A DNA stretch of 15,885 bases from Amoeboradix gromovi X-113 (lineage: Eukaryota > Fungi > Sanchytriomycota), in contig JADGIF010000173.1 of the NCBI GenBank assembly GCA_018985225.1, positions 1 to 15,885 on the forward strand, read 5' to 3'. Within the stretch, counting starts at the first letter, position 1, and each line of letters begins with the position of its first letter. The notes under the pieces are model-generated. The model was given only the letters and a program-made list of their open reading frames with translations, searched no databases and was not told the origin of the DNA. The position numbers and the translations under genes are program-made. Below, one piece after another: positions 1 through 9,394 of this stretch.

Positions 1-1227
1 GACACACGATACGCACACAAAGTACTCTCTACTCATCCGATATCAGAAGCATTGTCTATAATTGACGACTTGGATGCCGAGTTTGCATTAACGTGGGTGG
101 ATGAGAATAAAATTTATTTTGGTCGAGATTATTTTGGTAGAAGATCACTACTCTACAAAGTACTTGATGACAAACTGATAGTTTCCTCACTTAGTGTTAC
201 ACGAGATATGATAGAATGTAGTTGCAATGAATGGTATGTTTATGACATAATTTTAAATGAATTATCTTTGATTCCACGTCGATCAAAGATGCCCAAGTAT
301 GAGTATAAACTTACAGATGAACATGCCATGCTAGATATAACCCAATACTTAAATCGACATTCTGAAGTAATAGCGGAGTTTGAATCAGTTTTCAAATTGG
401 CTGTTAATCAAAGATTATTTACAACATCAAAAGACTCATACGCAGTTCTCTTTTCAGGCGGACTAGACTGCTCATTAATTGTTCTGTATCTTCATGACTT
501 GCTCCCACCAGATTGCTCAATTGATTTACTAAATGTGGCATTTGAGCATCGTAATTCAACTGTCAAGTATGACGTGCCAGATAGAAGAACTGCTATAAAC
601 AGACACAGAGAGTTGCAGAGCATGCTAGATAATCGTAAACTTAACTTGGTGCTAATAAATGTTCCATTTGCGCAATATTTAGACCAAAAGCCTAAAATAA
701 TAAATCTGATGAAACCTCACGATACTGTGATGGACCTGAGCATATCAATTGCATTTTGGTTTGCTGCACGAGGAATAGGCGAAGTGAACAATAAGCCTTA
801 TCATTCTAAACATAGAATATTATTTTCAGGCCTTGGTGCGGATGAGTTATTCGGTGGATACTCCAGACACAGAAGCAGTTTTGAACTAAATGAATGGAAG
901 GGACTAAATGATGCGTTAGAAATGGATTTATTGAGGCTTAACACTCGTAACTTGGGAAGAGATGATCGTATCATAGCCGATGTTGGCAAGGAAGTGAGAT
1001 ATCCATTTTTACATCCAAAGATAATTGAATTTGCTTGCAAATGTCCTGTAAATATCAAATGCGATCCAAGGTATCCTGTTGGTGATGGGGACAAGCGTAT
1101 ATTGAGAGGGTTGGCATTAAAGAGCGGATTAGTAAATGCTAGCAAAGAACCGAAAAGAGCCATCCAGTTTGGTAGTAAAACTGCTAAACTAGAAGATAGT
1201 AAGCAGAAGGGAGGGGACAAATTGTAA
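1..1227 (+). CDS. ASNSD1: Asparagine synthetase domain-containing protein (ASNSD1/YML096W-like), 5'-truncated by the window edge
   Basis: Frame is open from base 1 (DTRYAHKVL...), so the TTG at 52 is not the start. Family motifs: FGRDYFGRRSLL, PP-loop VLFSGGLDCS, IDLLNVAF, VPDRRTA, MDLSISIAFWFAARG, SGLGADELFGGYSRH, RNLGRDDR, EVRYPFL, GDKRILR, PKRAIQFGSKTAK. TAA stop followed by AATAAA about 8 nt later. Confidence 0.93.
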   Translation, partial: DTRYAHKVLSTHPISEALSIIDDLDAEFALTWVDENKIYFGRDYFGRRSLLYKVLDDKLIVSSLSVTRDMIECSCNEWYVYDIILNELSLIPRRSKMPKYEYKLTDEHAMLDITQYLNRHSEVIAEFESVFKLAVNQRLFTTSKDSYAVLFSGGLDCSLIVLYLHDLLPPDCSIDLLNVAFEHRNSTVKYDVPDRRTAINRHRELQSMLDNRKLNLVLINVPFAQYLDQKPKIINLMKPHDTVMDLSISIAFWFAARGIGEVNNKPYHSKHRILFSGLGADELFGGYSRHRSSFELNEWKGLNDALEMDLLRLNTRNLGRDDRIIADVGKEVRYPFLHPKIIEFACKCPVNIKCDPRYPVGDGDKRILRGLALKSGLVNASKEPKRAIQFGSKTAKLEDSKQKGGDKL

Positions 1228-1385
1228 TTTACAAAAATAAATGAGGTTTGCCGCGATAATTTGAGTTAAAAGATTAGGATAATTCTAACCAAATGTTACA
1301 TGTTTATGGAATACTAATGGAAATAGTTATAGATCCTTTAGCGGGTGTGGTTTTACAGACTTGATGTTTTTCAAAGCCTAATAAT

Positions 1386-2759
1386 TTATACCAAAGACAT
1401 ACCATCGAGGCAATTGCGATTTACCCAATTTAATCCTTCTCTGCCCTCTGTATTTGCACATCTCATTGTTTCTAGTTTACCCGAGTGTTTATGGACTTCT
1501 CCGGTACCATTTTCTCTATATGCCATATCATCGTTCTCAAGAGTGTAGTCGGCTAGATATCTACTCAAATCCCTCAAATCCTCAATTATAAGGCTTCTTT
1601 CTCTATCACTGACAGTAACAGTGTCTCTTACAATGCCATAGATACTAGTTATCCTTTTTAAAAGTTCTCTAATCGAATCCCCGTAAACTTTTGTGCCTTG
1701 TAATACTCTAGTTTTTAAGCAGCGATACCACATGCATTTTCCGGTATTCCCAAGTAAGATGTTCATATTGTCAGTAAATATCTTCATTTCAATAACATTA
1801 ATCATAACAAGATTGTCCAAGATGCTTTCAATTGTGACAGATGCAAAAAACTGTTTATCGTCATATTCAATATTGTTTATAGACAGAAAATATAAATAAT
1901 CTTTCGCTGTAAACATATCAGTCATAGAAACAAGACCATTACTAGGAACATCCAGCTTTCTTCTGTTTTTAGTTAATACAAACAGAGTAAACACACCAAA
2001 ATGTGGAGTCATTGCATTTGATTTAGGAAACTCGGTAAATCTTTGAGGATTATTGATGATATAGTTGCGAAAGTGAGTATAGTGATTGCTGCAAAGATAC
2101 AAATGGGGGTAGAGATTATTTAAATAGCTAGGATCGTATCTTTCGGTATTGTGAATCAAAAAAAAGACCACAAAGCTGGCGTAGTTTGTTTCACTTCTGA
2201 CGTTTCTTAAATATTCCAAAGCAGCTCCATGTTCGCTTGCCGAAAAAGCATTCTTCCAGTATAATGGCTTCAATCTTATTATGTCTTCTGAGTTGAATTC
2301 GAATCTCCGCAGATATGGTCCAATGGATGAATAGTATTTGCAAACTTTAGATGTGTAATAGTGGCTGCTTGGAAACCAGGGCCCTGCAATTTTAGCGTGA
2401 TTTAAAATTAGATTCATAATTACAGATTTTGAGTTAAAATTGTGATTTCCCAAAATCACTTTAACAACATCTGCGTTGCCAATATTACTAGCCAAGCCTG
2501 TGCAGAAGTCTCTCAAGACACCGTTATAATAGTTTGTCTTGGAGCAGTTTGGTATAATTTCATCGCATTCTTCTAATAGTCTAAGAAACTGAGGTTTGGC
2601 TAGCTTTGGTTGAACTTTCCACAATGTTCGTACTTTTGGATTGACTTGATCCCAAATTCGGGAATGCGATAAACTGATTAGCTTGCTATGAAGTTTATCT
2701 ATACTATTAGAACTATACTCACATTTTGCAAATATCACTGTGGTGATAAGTGTAATCAT
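1386..2759 (-). CDS. Hypothetical protein, 457 aa, probably secreted
   Basis: Long uninterrupted ORF, A-rich start context (caaacaaATG), short hydrophobic N-terminus MITLITTVIFA. No family recognised. Confidence 0.8.
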   Translation of the reverse strand: MITLITTVIFAKCEYSSNSIDKLHSKLISLSHSRIWDQVNPKVRTLWKVQPKLAKPQFLRLLEECDEIIPNCSKTNYYNGVLRDFCTGLASNIGNADVVKVILGNHNFNSKSVIMNLILNHAKIAGPWFPSSHYYTSKVCKYYSSIGPYLRRFEFNSEDIIRLKPLYWKNAFSASEHGAALEYLRNVRSETNYASFVVFFLIHNTERYDPSYLNNLYPHLYLCSNHYTHFRNYIINNPQRFTEFPKSNAMTPHFGVFTLFVLTKNRRKLDVPSNGLVSMTDMFTAKDYLYFLSINNIEYDDKQFFASVTIESILDNLVMINVIEMKIFTDNMNILLGNTGKCMWYRCLKTRVLQGTKVYGDSIRELLKRITSIYGIVRDTVTVSDRERSLIIEDLRDLSRYLADYTLENDDMAYRENGTGEVHKHSGKLETMRCANTEGREGLNWVNRNCLDGMSLV

Positions 2760-2939
2760 TTGTTTGGGAATCTCTCCTATTTAAGATATCTACATGCTGA
2801 ATTTATGTATTATAGACTTCAACACAATGCTTTGAGGTACCTCAACTAGCGTGACATGCTTTGAAGTATAGTAGCGTATCCATCTTTAAAGTAGTGCGAG
2901 CGCAAATCGCATTTTAGGGAATATTAATATTTCCAATAT

Positions 2940-3662
2940 TTATTGATAGACAGGACCTTGTAAGTTGGGTTGCTGGTAGGTAGCATTACCCGAAGCATTG
3001 CCTTGAGAGTCGTTTAAGCGATTATCTAAGTTGTTGTTTTTCGCAAAACCCTGTTGAGCTGGCTCTTCATAGTTTGGTTGAAATTGTTGCTGCATAAGCC
3101 CTGGATTCTGAGGAGTTCCTTGTTGCTGCATAAGCCCTGAATTCTGAGGAGTTCCTTGTTGCTGTGGAACTTCTTGAAAGGAGTTGCCGGTTTGAGTCAT
3201 AGGTTGCTGTTGCGCCTGTTGAGTAGAATTGGCGCCACTTTGAGTTCCGAGTTGTGACGAGCTCTGAGCCTGAGCTTGCTGAGGGATTTGCTGACTTTCT
3301 GTATTACTTGCTCTATCTAATGTTTTGCTCAACTCTGCCAATTTTACTTCTTTTTTGTGCAACTGATTCAGATCTTTCTTTTCCACTTTGTGCATTTTCT
3401 GCCTATCTTTGTCAATTCGCTTAATATCTTTGTGTTCCGCTTTTTCCAACTGGTGCTGATGTTTCTGAAGATTTTTACTGTCTTTCTCAATCTTTCTTTG
3501 CAATTTGTCTCTATCACTTTCAAGCCTTTGAATATCTTTCTCTTCTCTATGCTGTAGTTTTGTCAAATCCTTTTCAAGCGATATTTTATCCTTTTCCACA
3601 TTGCTAATCAACTTGTTATACTCTTTTCTTTGTTTATCTGTCATACAAGGTAGAGGATACAT
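2940..3662 (-). CDS. Hypothetical protein, 240 aa: charged helix with 18-aa repeats followed by a Q/N/S-rich low-complexity tail
   Basis: Open ORF with aagaaATG start. Five 18-aa units begin with xKD (aa 23-112). Q-rich C-terminus. AATAAA overlaps the stop (CAA TAA A). Confidence 0.85.
   Translation of the reverse strand: MYPLPCMTDKQRKEYNKLISNVEKDKISLEKDLTKLQHREEKDIQRLESDRDKLQRKIEKDSKNLQKHQHQLEKAEHKDIKRIDKDRQKMHKVEKKDLNQLHKKEVKLAELSKTLDRASNTESQQIPQQAQAQSSSQLGTQSGANSTQQAQQQPMTQTGNSFQEVPQQQGTPQNSGLMQQQGTPQNPGLMQQQFQPNYEEPAQQGFAKNNNLDNRLNDSQGNASGNATYQQPNLQGPVYQ
3084..3164. repeat. 36-bp coding tandem repeat, about 2.2 copies (QQQGTPQN[S/P]GLM)
   Basis: tgttgctgcataagccctg(g/a)attctgaggagttcct starts at 3085 and 3121, with a partial third copy at 3157. 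One mismatch between the full copies. Confidence 0.9.
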
Positions 3663-3795
3663 TTCTTATAAAAAACTCTCTAAATATTAGAGAAGTCATA
3701 TGATATACTTTTGCACATTTTAGGAAAACTCATTAAAACATGGACATTTAAAGCTATTTACTCATTTTTTAGAGTTTAAAATAAAATTTATTTAT

Positions 3796-4393
3796 TCATA
3801 ATTCCTCGCTTACATCCAGATTTCTTCGCGCAATCTCGTGATCGATAAATCTTTGTTTCATATCATCGTATCTGTCTGATATTCTTTCATACAGATCAAG
3901 CTCACTCCTCTTGATATCTAATTCCAATTTAACCATCATTTCGGGTGTTATGACTTTTTTAATTTTTGGCTTCTCAGGCCCCATTCCATCATGAGGTATT
4001 GCGTATCGATCAATTCCTAAATGAGTTACCAAAAGTACCAGCCATATCCTCATAAATACTATGGACTATATCATGTGCCATTTCTAACGCGAAATCCAGC
4101 ATATAGTCATCAAATTGCATTCTCATGCTTGGATCATTGAAATCTACGCTTTCGCTGTTAGTCTTTGGAACATTCTTCGGTACTCTCTTAATTATTCTTG
4201 GATCTGCTACTGGTCCTAGCTCCGAGAACCCTTTTTTGTGTAAGTATTTTAAATGCTCCTGAACCCCGTCCATTGCTTTTTGGTACAATCTTTTGTATTT
4301 TGGGTGAACGGTGTTGTCTACCATGACCTCTCGAATTCTTGCCTGACTAGGACTTGTAGAAACGAGACATAGTAACAATACTACTAATTTCAT
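3796..4393 (-). CDS. Secreted hypothetical protein, 191 aa after splicing; exons 4393-4039 and 4016-3796
   Basis: Signal peptide MKLVVLLLCLVSTSPSQA. Removing GTACTTTTGGTAACTCATTTAG joins ORF 4010-4393 to ORF 3796-4053 in frame (...YEDMA-G-IDRYAIPHDG...). 355+221=576 nt. AATAAA overlaps the TGA. Confidence 0.75.
4017..4038 (-). other. Predicted 22-nt GT-AG spliceosomal intron
   Basis: GTACTTTTGGTAACTCATTTAG. Same 8-nt donor as the FAH intron, 3n+1 length matches the required frame change, ends in TAG. Confidence 0.75.
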
Positions 4394-4835
4394 GTTTTAT
4401 AATATAGGTCTATAAGCCATAAATAGAACTGGAGTCACGGGTAATAGATGGCACAATACTCTGTATTGTGCCATTTCTTTAGAATACAAAAATTATAAGC
4501 TAAATCAAGTTATACACTCATCGGATTAAGCTTTTCCGCCCTTTTTTCATTTTAAGACTTCAATACCTTTTCATTGAAAAACTGGAAGTTTATGTTTCCA
4601 TGTATTTAATCCTATTTAGGATATCTTTGAGTGAAGTTTCTTACAAACGGTGAACACGTAATTAGTAAAGCACTAAATATCCTCTGGTACCTATCCGGAG
4701 AAAGATCTCGCTAAAATTCATAGACAGCTCGATCTATTGAGTGCTAAAATGTTGCGAATAAATTTATTGTTTAAATTTGGAACCAGATACTTTGTTCTTG
4801 CTCTCAAATCAGGAGATTGGATGTGCAGGTTTAGC

Positions 4836-5641
4836 TCATAAGCAGGGTTGGTTCGATCCTCGCAGCCCGATATTGCGCTTGGTAGTTTGGGATATGTCGC
4901 ACTTAGCTAACTGCGGATCATAGCAGGGCTGGATGAATCTGTGTTCCTCGTGTCACAGTAGTACAGCTGAGAGTGGTCATCAATTACAACAGGTGGTGTT
5001 GGAGCGTTACTGATGTACAACGTACCCGGCCTTTTTAGGTGAAGGATTCCATATATGTTGGTAGAGTGCAGATCAAGATATCTCAATGTGTTAGGCAGAT
5101 AAGGAAACTGTCCTCATACATCATTCCACCCAAGATTTAACCTGTTCAGAGTAGCTGGAAGGGTAGCAGGGATTGTTACCGTTTATTCTGTTGAAGACAG
5201 GCATAATTTTACGATAGAAGTTAGGGTTTCTGGAATCGGGCAACTTTACACGTTGCTGCTTTGCATGTAGAGACATCAGGTAACACCCAAGTGGTCATAT
5301 TGCCGCTAACATGTACCCAAGTTAAAGATGAATGCAAATTTCCTTGAATGTCTCCTGGTATTCTGTTAAAATTGAGGTCAATATCAGTCTTCATTCGAGT
5401 ATGGGCTGTCGTGTTTATACCTCGGGTGAACTTTGACGCAACCAGTTTATATAAGCTACACGTTCGGATGTGCAATCTATACCGTGGCTGGTACAGCAGT
5501 CTACTCGAAGTGATCTTATTAGTTAAGGATTGGTAAGACCATATTCAGTCCTTCAGCAGGATTGATCACGTCTGGACAGTCTATAGATATGGTGAAGACC
5601 AATGCTGCCAAGATTTTGAGTGTTGGCAACTTAAAAGTCAT
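4836..5641 (-). pseudogene. Decayed secreted leucine-rich-repeat protein with Cys N-cap (plant-type LRR); boundaries approximate
   Basis: Manual translation across frames: MTFKLPTLKILAALVFTISIDCPDVINPAEGLNM / DCCTSHGIDCTSERVAYINW / DIDLNFNRIPGDIQGNLHSSLTWVHVSGNMTTWVLP / TIPATLPATLNRLNLGWNDV*GQFPYLPNTLRYLDLHSTNIYGILHLKRPGTLYI...DHSQLYYCD. Several frameshifts and an in-frame TGA at 5114-5116. Confidence 0.75.
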
Positions 5642-5814
5642 GCGCCAGCTGGACCCGATCTTAGCTTCCTGCGAGCTGATTTGTTGAGAATCAGTGGCTT
5701 AGATCAACTTGGAGAAATTTAGCGATAATGATTTTGGCTTCAGGATGTAATTTAAGATTCACGGCAAATGGGGCTTGATTTATGCTTCAGTAACTTTCAA
5801 ATGTGGCTTTTCTC

Positions 5815-7563
5815 ATGTCATCACTTTGGGAGAAATATATATTTACCAATGATGTATCCGCATGCATGAATCTTGTAAATAAGGGACAGAATGTAGACGA
5901 ATTTTGCATAGATTGGATCGGAAGCAAGATAACACCCATAATGTATGCCGCTGCGCGTGACAGGCTTCAAATTGTGGAGCTGCTGAGTCAAAACACTGGT
6001 AATATTAACTTGCAATCAAGCGATGGATGGACAGCATTGATCTGTGCTTGCTTTAACAGCAGAGTAGAAATAGTCAAGTTTCTGCTGCCACTGATAAAAA
6101 CTATAGACCTACCGTCAAAATATGGAAGAACGGCGTTATCCCACACCAAATCCAAAGACATTGCTAAAATGCTAATACAGCATGGGGCGTCTACTAAAGG
6201 TAAGCTTTGGGGTAGTACAGTGTTGATTAAAGATCATTTTGCAGATGTTATGGCCGAGGTAGATCTAGACCTTAAAAACATTATTACGCTCAAGGACCTG
6301 AACCATTACAGATACAAGCAATCCAAGACATTTACTCCCTGGAATGACGCAATACATTCAAAAGACGAGGGGCTAGTAGTATACCTGTTGGAAATGGAAA
6401 ACGGATCGTTGGTAAATGAGATATTTTTACATGAGAACAGATATGTCACCCCATTGCTGTGTGCTTGTTATGCAAACAAGATGAATCTCATAGATTTATT
6501 TCTGAATAATGGGGCACTTGATTTCATAAACCTAGACTGGGACTCCATTATTATGCAGCTGATTCAGTCAAAAACCATAGAAAGAGAAGTATATCAGAGG
6601 CTATTGAGAGAAGAAACATTTAGCAGCTCCTTGACTTCAAGCAACAGACATGGTAAAACGCCGTTAATTCTGGCTATACTGAATGCTAACATTTTTATGG
6701 TCGCTACTCTACTCTCTTTTGATGCCATATCTGACACGATAAATGATCAGGTAGCAGGCATGACACCACTTACCTATGCGATGAGAGCAGGCAAAGAGTT
6801 TTCCATTGATCTTATCCTGCAGCATCCCAAATTGAATAAATCGTTGCTGAAGCTGGAAGATGAACTGAAGTCAAATAATCCGATGTGTGTAGGTTTGATG
6901 ATAAAAAACAAAATACCATGCACAAATGATTCATTGATTTATGCGGTAGAAAATGAGGTGAGCGTTGAAATAATACAACTCTTGATAGACAACGGTCAGT
7001 ACAGCCGGGACGATATTGCTAATGCCATGATGCTAGCTCGCAGCGACGATGCTAAGTCGTTTCTTGGTATAGCCTGCAGTAGGATAAGCCTAGCTGGTAA
7101 ACCTCAAGCAGATATCAAAACAATTCCAGAGTACAAGACTGCAGAGGAACTGAAGATGCAGTTAGATATTGACTATGCAGAAATCAGGCAACTGAAGGAC
7201 AAACTACAAGAGAAAGATTTAGAGATATTGGACAAGTCCACTGAAATAGCAAAACTAAAGGCAGAACTGGAAAGCGCAAACAGAATAATCCAGATACAAA
7301 AGCTGAAGAATCAGGACCGCGTTGCTTCTGAGATCAGTTTTAAAAAAGCAAGCGTTTCTTCAATTTCGCAGTTGAACGATTCCAGAGACGTTTCTTTAGC
7401 CACGCCAAATAAAAGCAGAATATCGATATTTAAAGACAACGATTATAAATCGCATACTACTCTTTATACGGCAAAGGAAGCCTCAACCGCGGATATCAGC
7501 AAGCCCAGAGAAACAGCCAATCCAAAATCTAAAAAAAGAACCTCAATGTTTAGCCTCAAATAG
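5815..7563 (+). CDS. Ankyrin-repeat protein with C-terminal coiled coil and S/K-rich tail (582 aa from first ATG)
   Basis: Ankyrin motifs ITPIMYAAARDRLQIVELL, GWTALICACFNSRVEIVKFLL, GRTALSH, VTPLLCACYANKMNLIDLFL, GKTPLILAILN, GMTPLTYAMRAG. Heptad stretch AEIRQLKDKLQEKDLEILDKSTEIAKLKAELESAN. First in-frame ATG is at 5815; the ORF track start at 5803 is GTG. Confidence 0.9.
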   Translation: MSSLWEKYIFTNDVSACMNLVNKGQNVDEFCIDWIGSKITPIMYAAARDRLQIVELLSQNTGNINLQSSDGWTALICACFNSRVEIVKFLLPLIKTIDLPSKYGRTALSHTKSKDIAKMLIQHGASTKGKLWGSTVLIKDHFADVMAEVDLDLKNIITLKDLNHYRYKQSKTFTPWNDAIHSKDEGLVVYLLEMENGSLVNEIFLHENRYVTPLLCACYANKMNLIDLFLNNGALDFINLDWDSIIMQLIQSKTIEREVYQRLLREETFSSSLTSSNRHGKTPLILAILNANIFMVATLLSFDAISDTINDQVAGMTPLTYAMRAGKEFSIDLILQHPKLNKSLLKLEDELKSNNPMCVGLMIKNKIPCTNDSLIYAVENEVSVEIIQLLIDNGQYSRDDIANAMMLARSDDAKSFLGIACSRISLAGKPQADIKTIPEYKTAEELKMQLDIDYAEIRQLKDKLQEKDLEILDKSTEIAKLKAELESANRIIQIQKLKNQDRVASEISFKKASVSSISQLNDSRDVSLATPNKSRISIFKDNDYKSHTTLYTAKEASTADISKPRETANPKSKKRTSMFSLK

Positions 7564-8316
7564 CGACACGGAAGTGCTTTTTATAGCCACTGTACACAAA
7601 AATGTATAGTGGCGTCGTTTTAATTTAAATCGTGACCATTTAATCTGCGTATCAGCTTTGAGCGTCAAGTTATCCCTTTGGACTTTGAAACCAAACCTGT
7701 CTTTTGATGCCAAAGATCTGTAGCCGCTATAATGTTGACTTGTACTTTGAGAGCATATTAAAACCATTTTTGCCAATAAGAGACTAGGAAAAATCGGTAT
7801 ACTCATGTCTTCTCTGCCCACTACTCTTTCCCACTTGTTTACGTAGATTCATTACTTTAAGAGTTGTAGTTAATGGCTGCTATTCATTCAAATTCTTGGT
7901 TTTGTTTCTGTGTTTTATGCCTTTTTGTTAATGAATTCAGTCACAGTTGTGAAATGTCTTGGCCTAGTTTGTGTTTTATACGTGTTGCCATGTGGGACCA
8001 AATTTTAGAAATTTCCCAAACTCTGAGTCTGAGGACTACCTAGAAAGATGTGTCAGTCCCATAATATACCTTTAAGCCTTTTCTCAATATTAATAATGCA
8101 CTGGCATTATCTCTTTCGGAATAGCTTGGGAGATTAGCACTTGAGCTGTGTTGCAGTATCTTCACGATAACCATTTTAATATTATATTTTTTTGTCTTTC
8201 TTATATGATGAAATGAAGATGTCGGATTCCTAGTATGGTTTCTAGATGTTCCTCCCACTTAGAAATGAGGACATTTTGCCAGAATGGGTCCCATTTATTG
8301 GTGGAGGTTTTCAAAC

Positions 8317-8475
8317 ATGGCAATAATTCAAGATATTGATGAATCGGATCCAAATATCACCGAGATATTAAAACAAATGAATGAAATAGATGACAATATG
8401 GACTCATTTCTAGCCAAGATTAACATTTTACACACAAAACTTGACGAAATATTACAAAACACTGAAAAAGGCTGA
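8317..8475 (+). CDS. Small acidic coiled-coil protein, 52 aa, resembling UPF0184 (C9orf16/bublin)
   Basis: caaacATG context. EILKQMNEIDDNMDSFLAKINILHTKLDEILQN follows my recollection of the family core (..INSMLDQINSCLDHLEEKNDHLHARLQELLESN). An alternative ATG lies at 8284. Confidence 0.55.
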   Translation: MAIIQDIDESDPNITEILKQMNEIDDNMDSFLAKINILHTKLDEILQNTEKG

Positions 8476-8502
8476 TAGCTGAGAAGAGTAAACAATTTAT
8501 TG

Positions 8503-8922
8503 TTACTTTTTCACTTTAGGTCCCAATTGGGCACCAATATCTTTTCCACGTAGTTTAACGCCTAAAACTCTTTCTATCTTACCCAATACTTGCTGATTTG
8601 GTTTAGCCTTGCCAGACTCAAAATCTTGTATAACTTGAGGTTTTTCATTGATCTTCGTTGCCAACTCTTTTTGAGTCATTTTTTTGTTCAATCGGCCTTG
8701 CTGGATAGCCCTACTAACATCCAATGCAATAGTTGCTACCTTTCCCGGTTCATCTTCTCTATCTACTCTGGCCAAATGGGATCCCTCAGTAGAAGCAGTC
8801 TTATTTCCTCCATAGAATTCCTTCATTTGTCCTGCTTTTTGTTCCGACGGTTTCTTTGGTCTTGATTTGCTCCCGATTATTATCTTCTGGTCCCATTCCG
8901 CATTAGAATGTTGAATGTTCAT
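8503..8922 (-). CDS. MBF1: Multiprotein bridging factor 1 (MBF1/EDF1) transcriptional coactivator
   Basis: WDQKIIIG N-terminal motif, GGNK...LARVDREDE, HTH domain AIQQGRLNKKMTQKELATKINEKPQVIQDFESGKAKPNQQVLGKIERVLGVKLRGKDIG. TAA is followed directly by cAATAAA. Confidence 0.97.
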   Translation of the reverse strand: MNIQHSNAEWDQKIIIGSKSRPKKPSEQKAGQMKEFYGGNKTASTEGSHLARVDREDEPGKVATIALDVSRAIQQGRLNKKMTQKELATKINEKPQVIQDFESGKAKPNQQVLGKIERVLGVKLRGKDIGAQLGPKVKK

Positions 8923-9046
8923 CCTTGTTTCGTTTCAAAACTAGATGAAATTGAAATGCTTGAAAATACTTGATGGATACCGCACTCCAAGATTAAACTC
9001 ACTAGGACATGAAATTGCTGATTAAAGTATTTACTTCAGTGTCAAG

Positions 9047-9394
9047 CTACAAAATATGCCCTGTTTTTTTTTCAGCTTGTATTTTGGCCTTTTTCATTTC
9101 ATGCTTTTTCCAAAAATGAATTCCGATAACTAAAGAGAGGAAAAACGCATGAAAAAAAACAAGTAGTGCTACTACAAACTCTATATTGTGCCCTGAAGAT
9201 GTACGGCTGCTATTGGATGCATGGATTTCGGGATTAATTGACGACGCGTTGAAATTATTTGTGGACGAAGCTATAAAAATACTAAAATTGGTAACGGGTA
9301 CATCGGTGATATTGTATTCTAACGTTAAATTCTGTATGGTTGGTAGGCTATAAATTGTCTTATAATTCTTTCTGGAACTAACGTACTCGCTCAT
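9047..9394 (-). CDS. Hypothetical single-pass membrane glycoprotein (115 aa from first ATG; start uncertain)
   Basis: S/T/N-rich segment with sequons NLT, NIT, NFS, NAS, NSS; one hydrophobic helix FVVALLVFFHAFFLSLVIGIHFW; basic stop-transfer tail KKHEMKKAK. Confidence 0.6.
   Translation of the reverse strand: MSEYVSSRKNYKTIYSLPTIQNLTLEYNITDVPVTNFSIFIASSTNNFNASSINPEIHASNSSRTSSGHNIEFVVALLVFFHAFFLSLVIGIHFWKKHEMKKAKIQAEKKTGHIL

Noticed and set aside
160-181. 22-nt GTACTTGATGACAAACTGATAG resembling the tiny introns
   Set aside because: It lies in the open ASNSD1 frame and removal would frameshift the conserved protein. It shows such GT..AG strings arise by chance, so only frame-restoring cases were accepted.
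3084-3164. CRISPR-like array
   Set aside because: Contiguous in-frame coding repeat without spacers, in eukaryotic DNA.
5513-5537. Tiny introns as a rescue of the LRR pseudogene
   Set aside because: The GT..AG candidate near here gives the wrong frame, and the TGA at 5114-5116 falls inside an LRR unit, so decay is the better explanation.
7543-8258. Minus-strand ORFs 7543-7821 and 8040-8258 with a 30-nt GT..CTGAC..TAG candidate near 8040-8069
   Set aside because: The spliced product is short and unrecognisable; there is not enough support for a gene.
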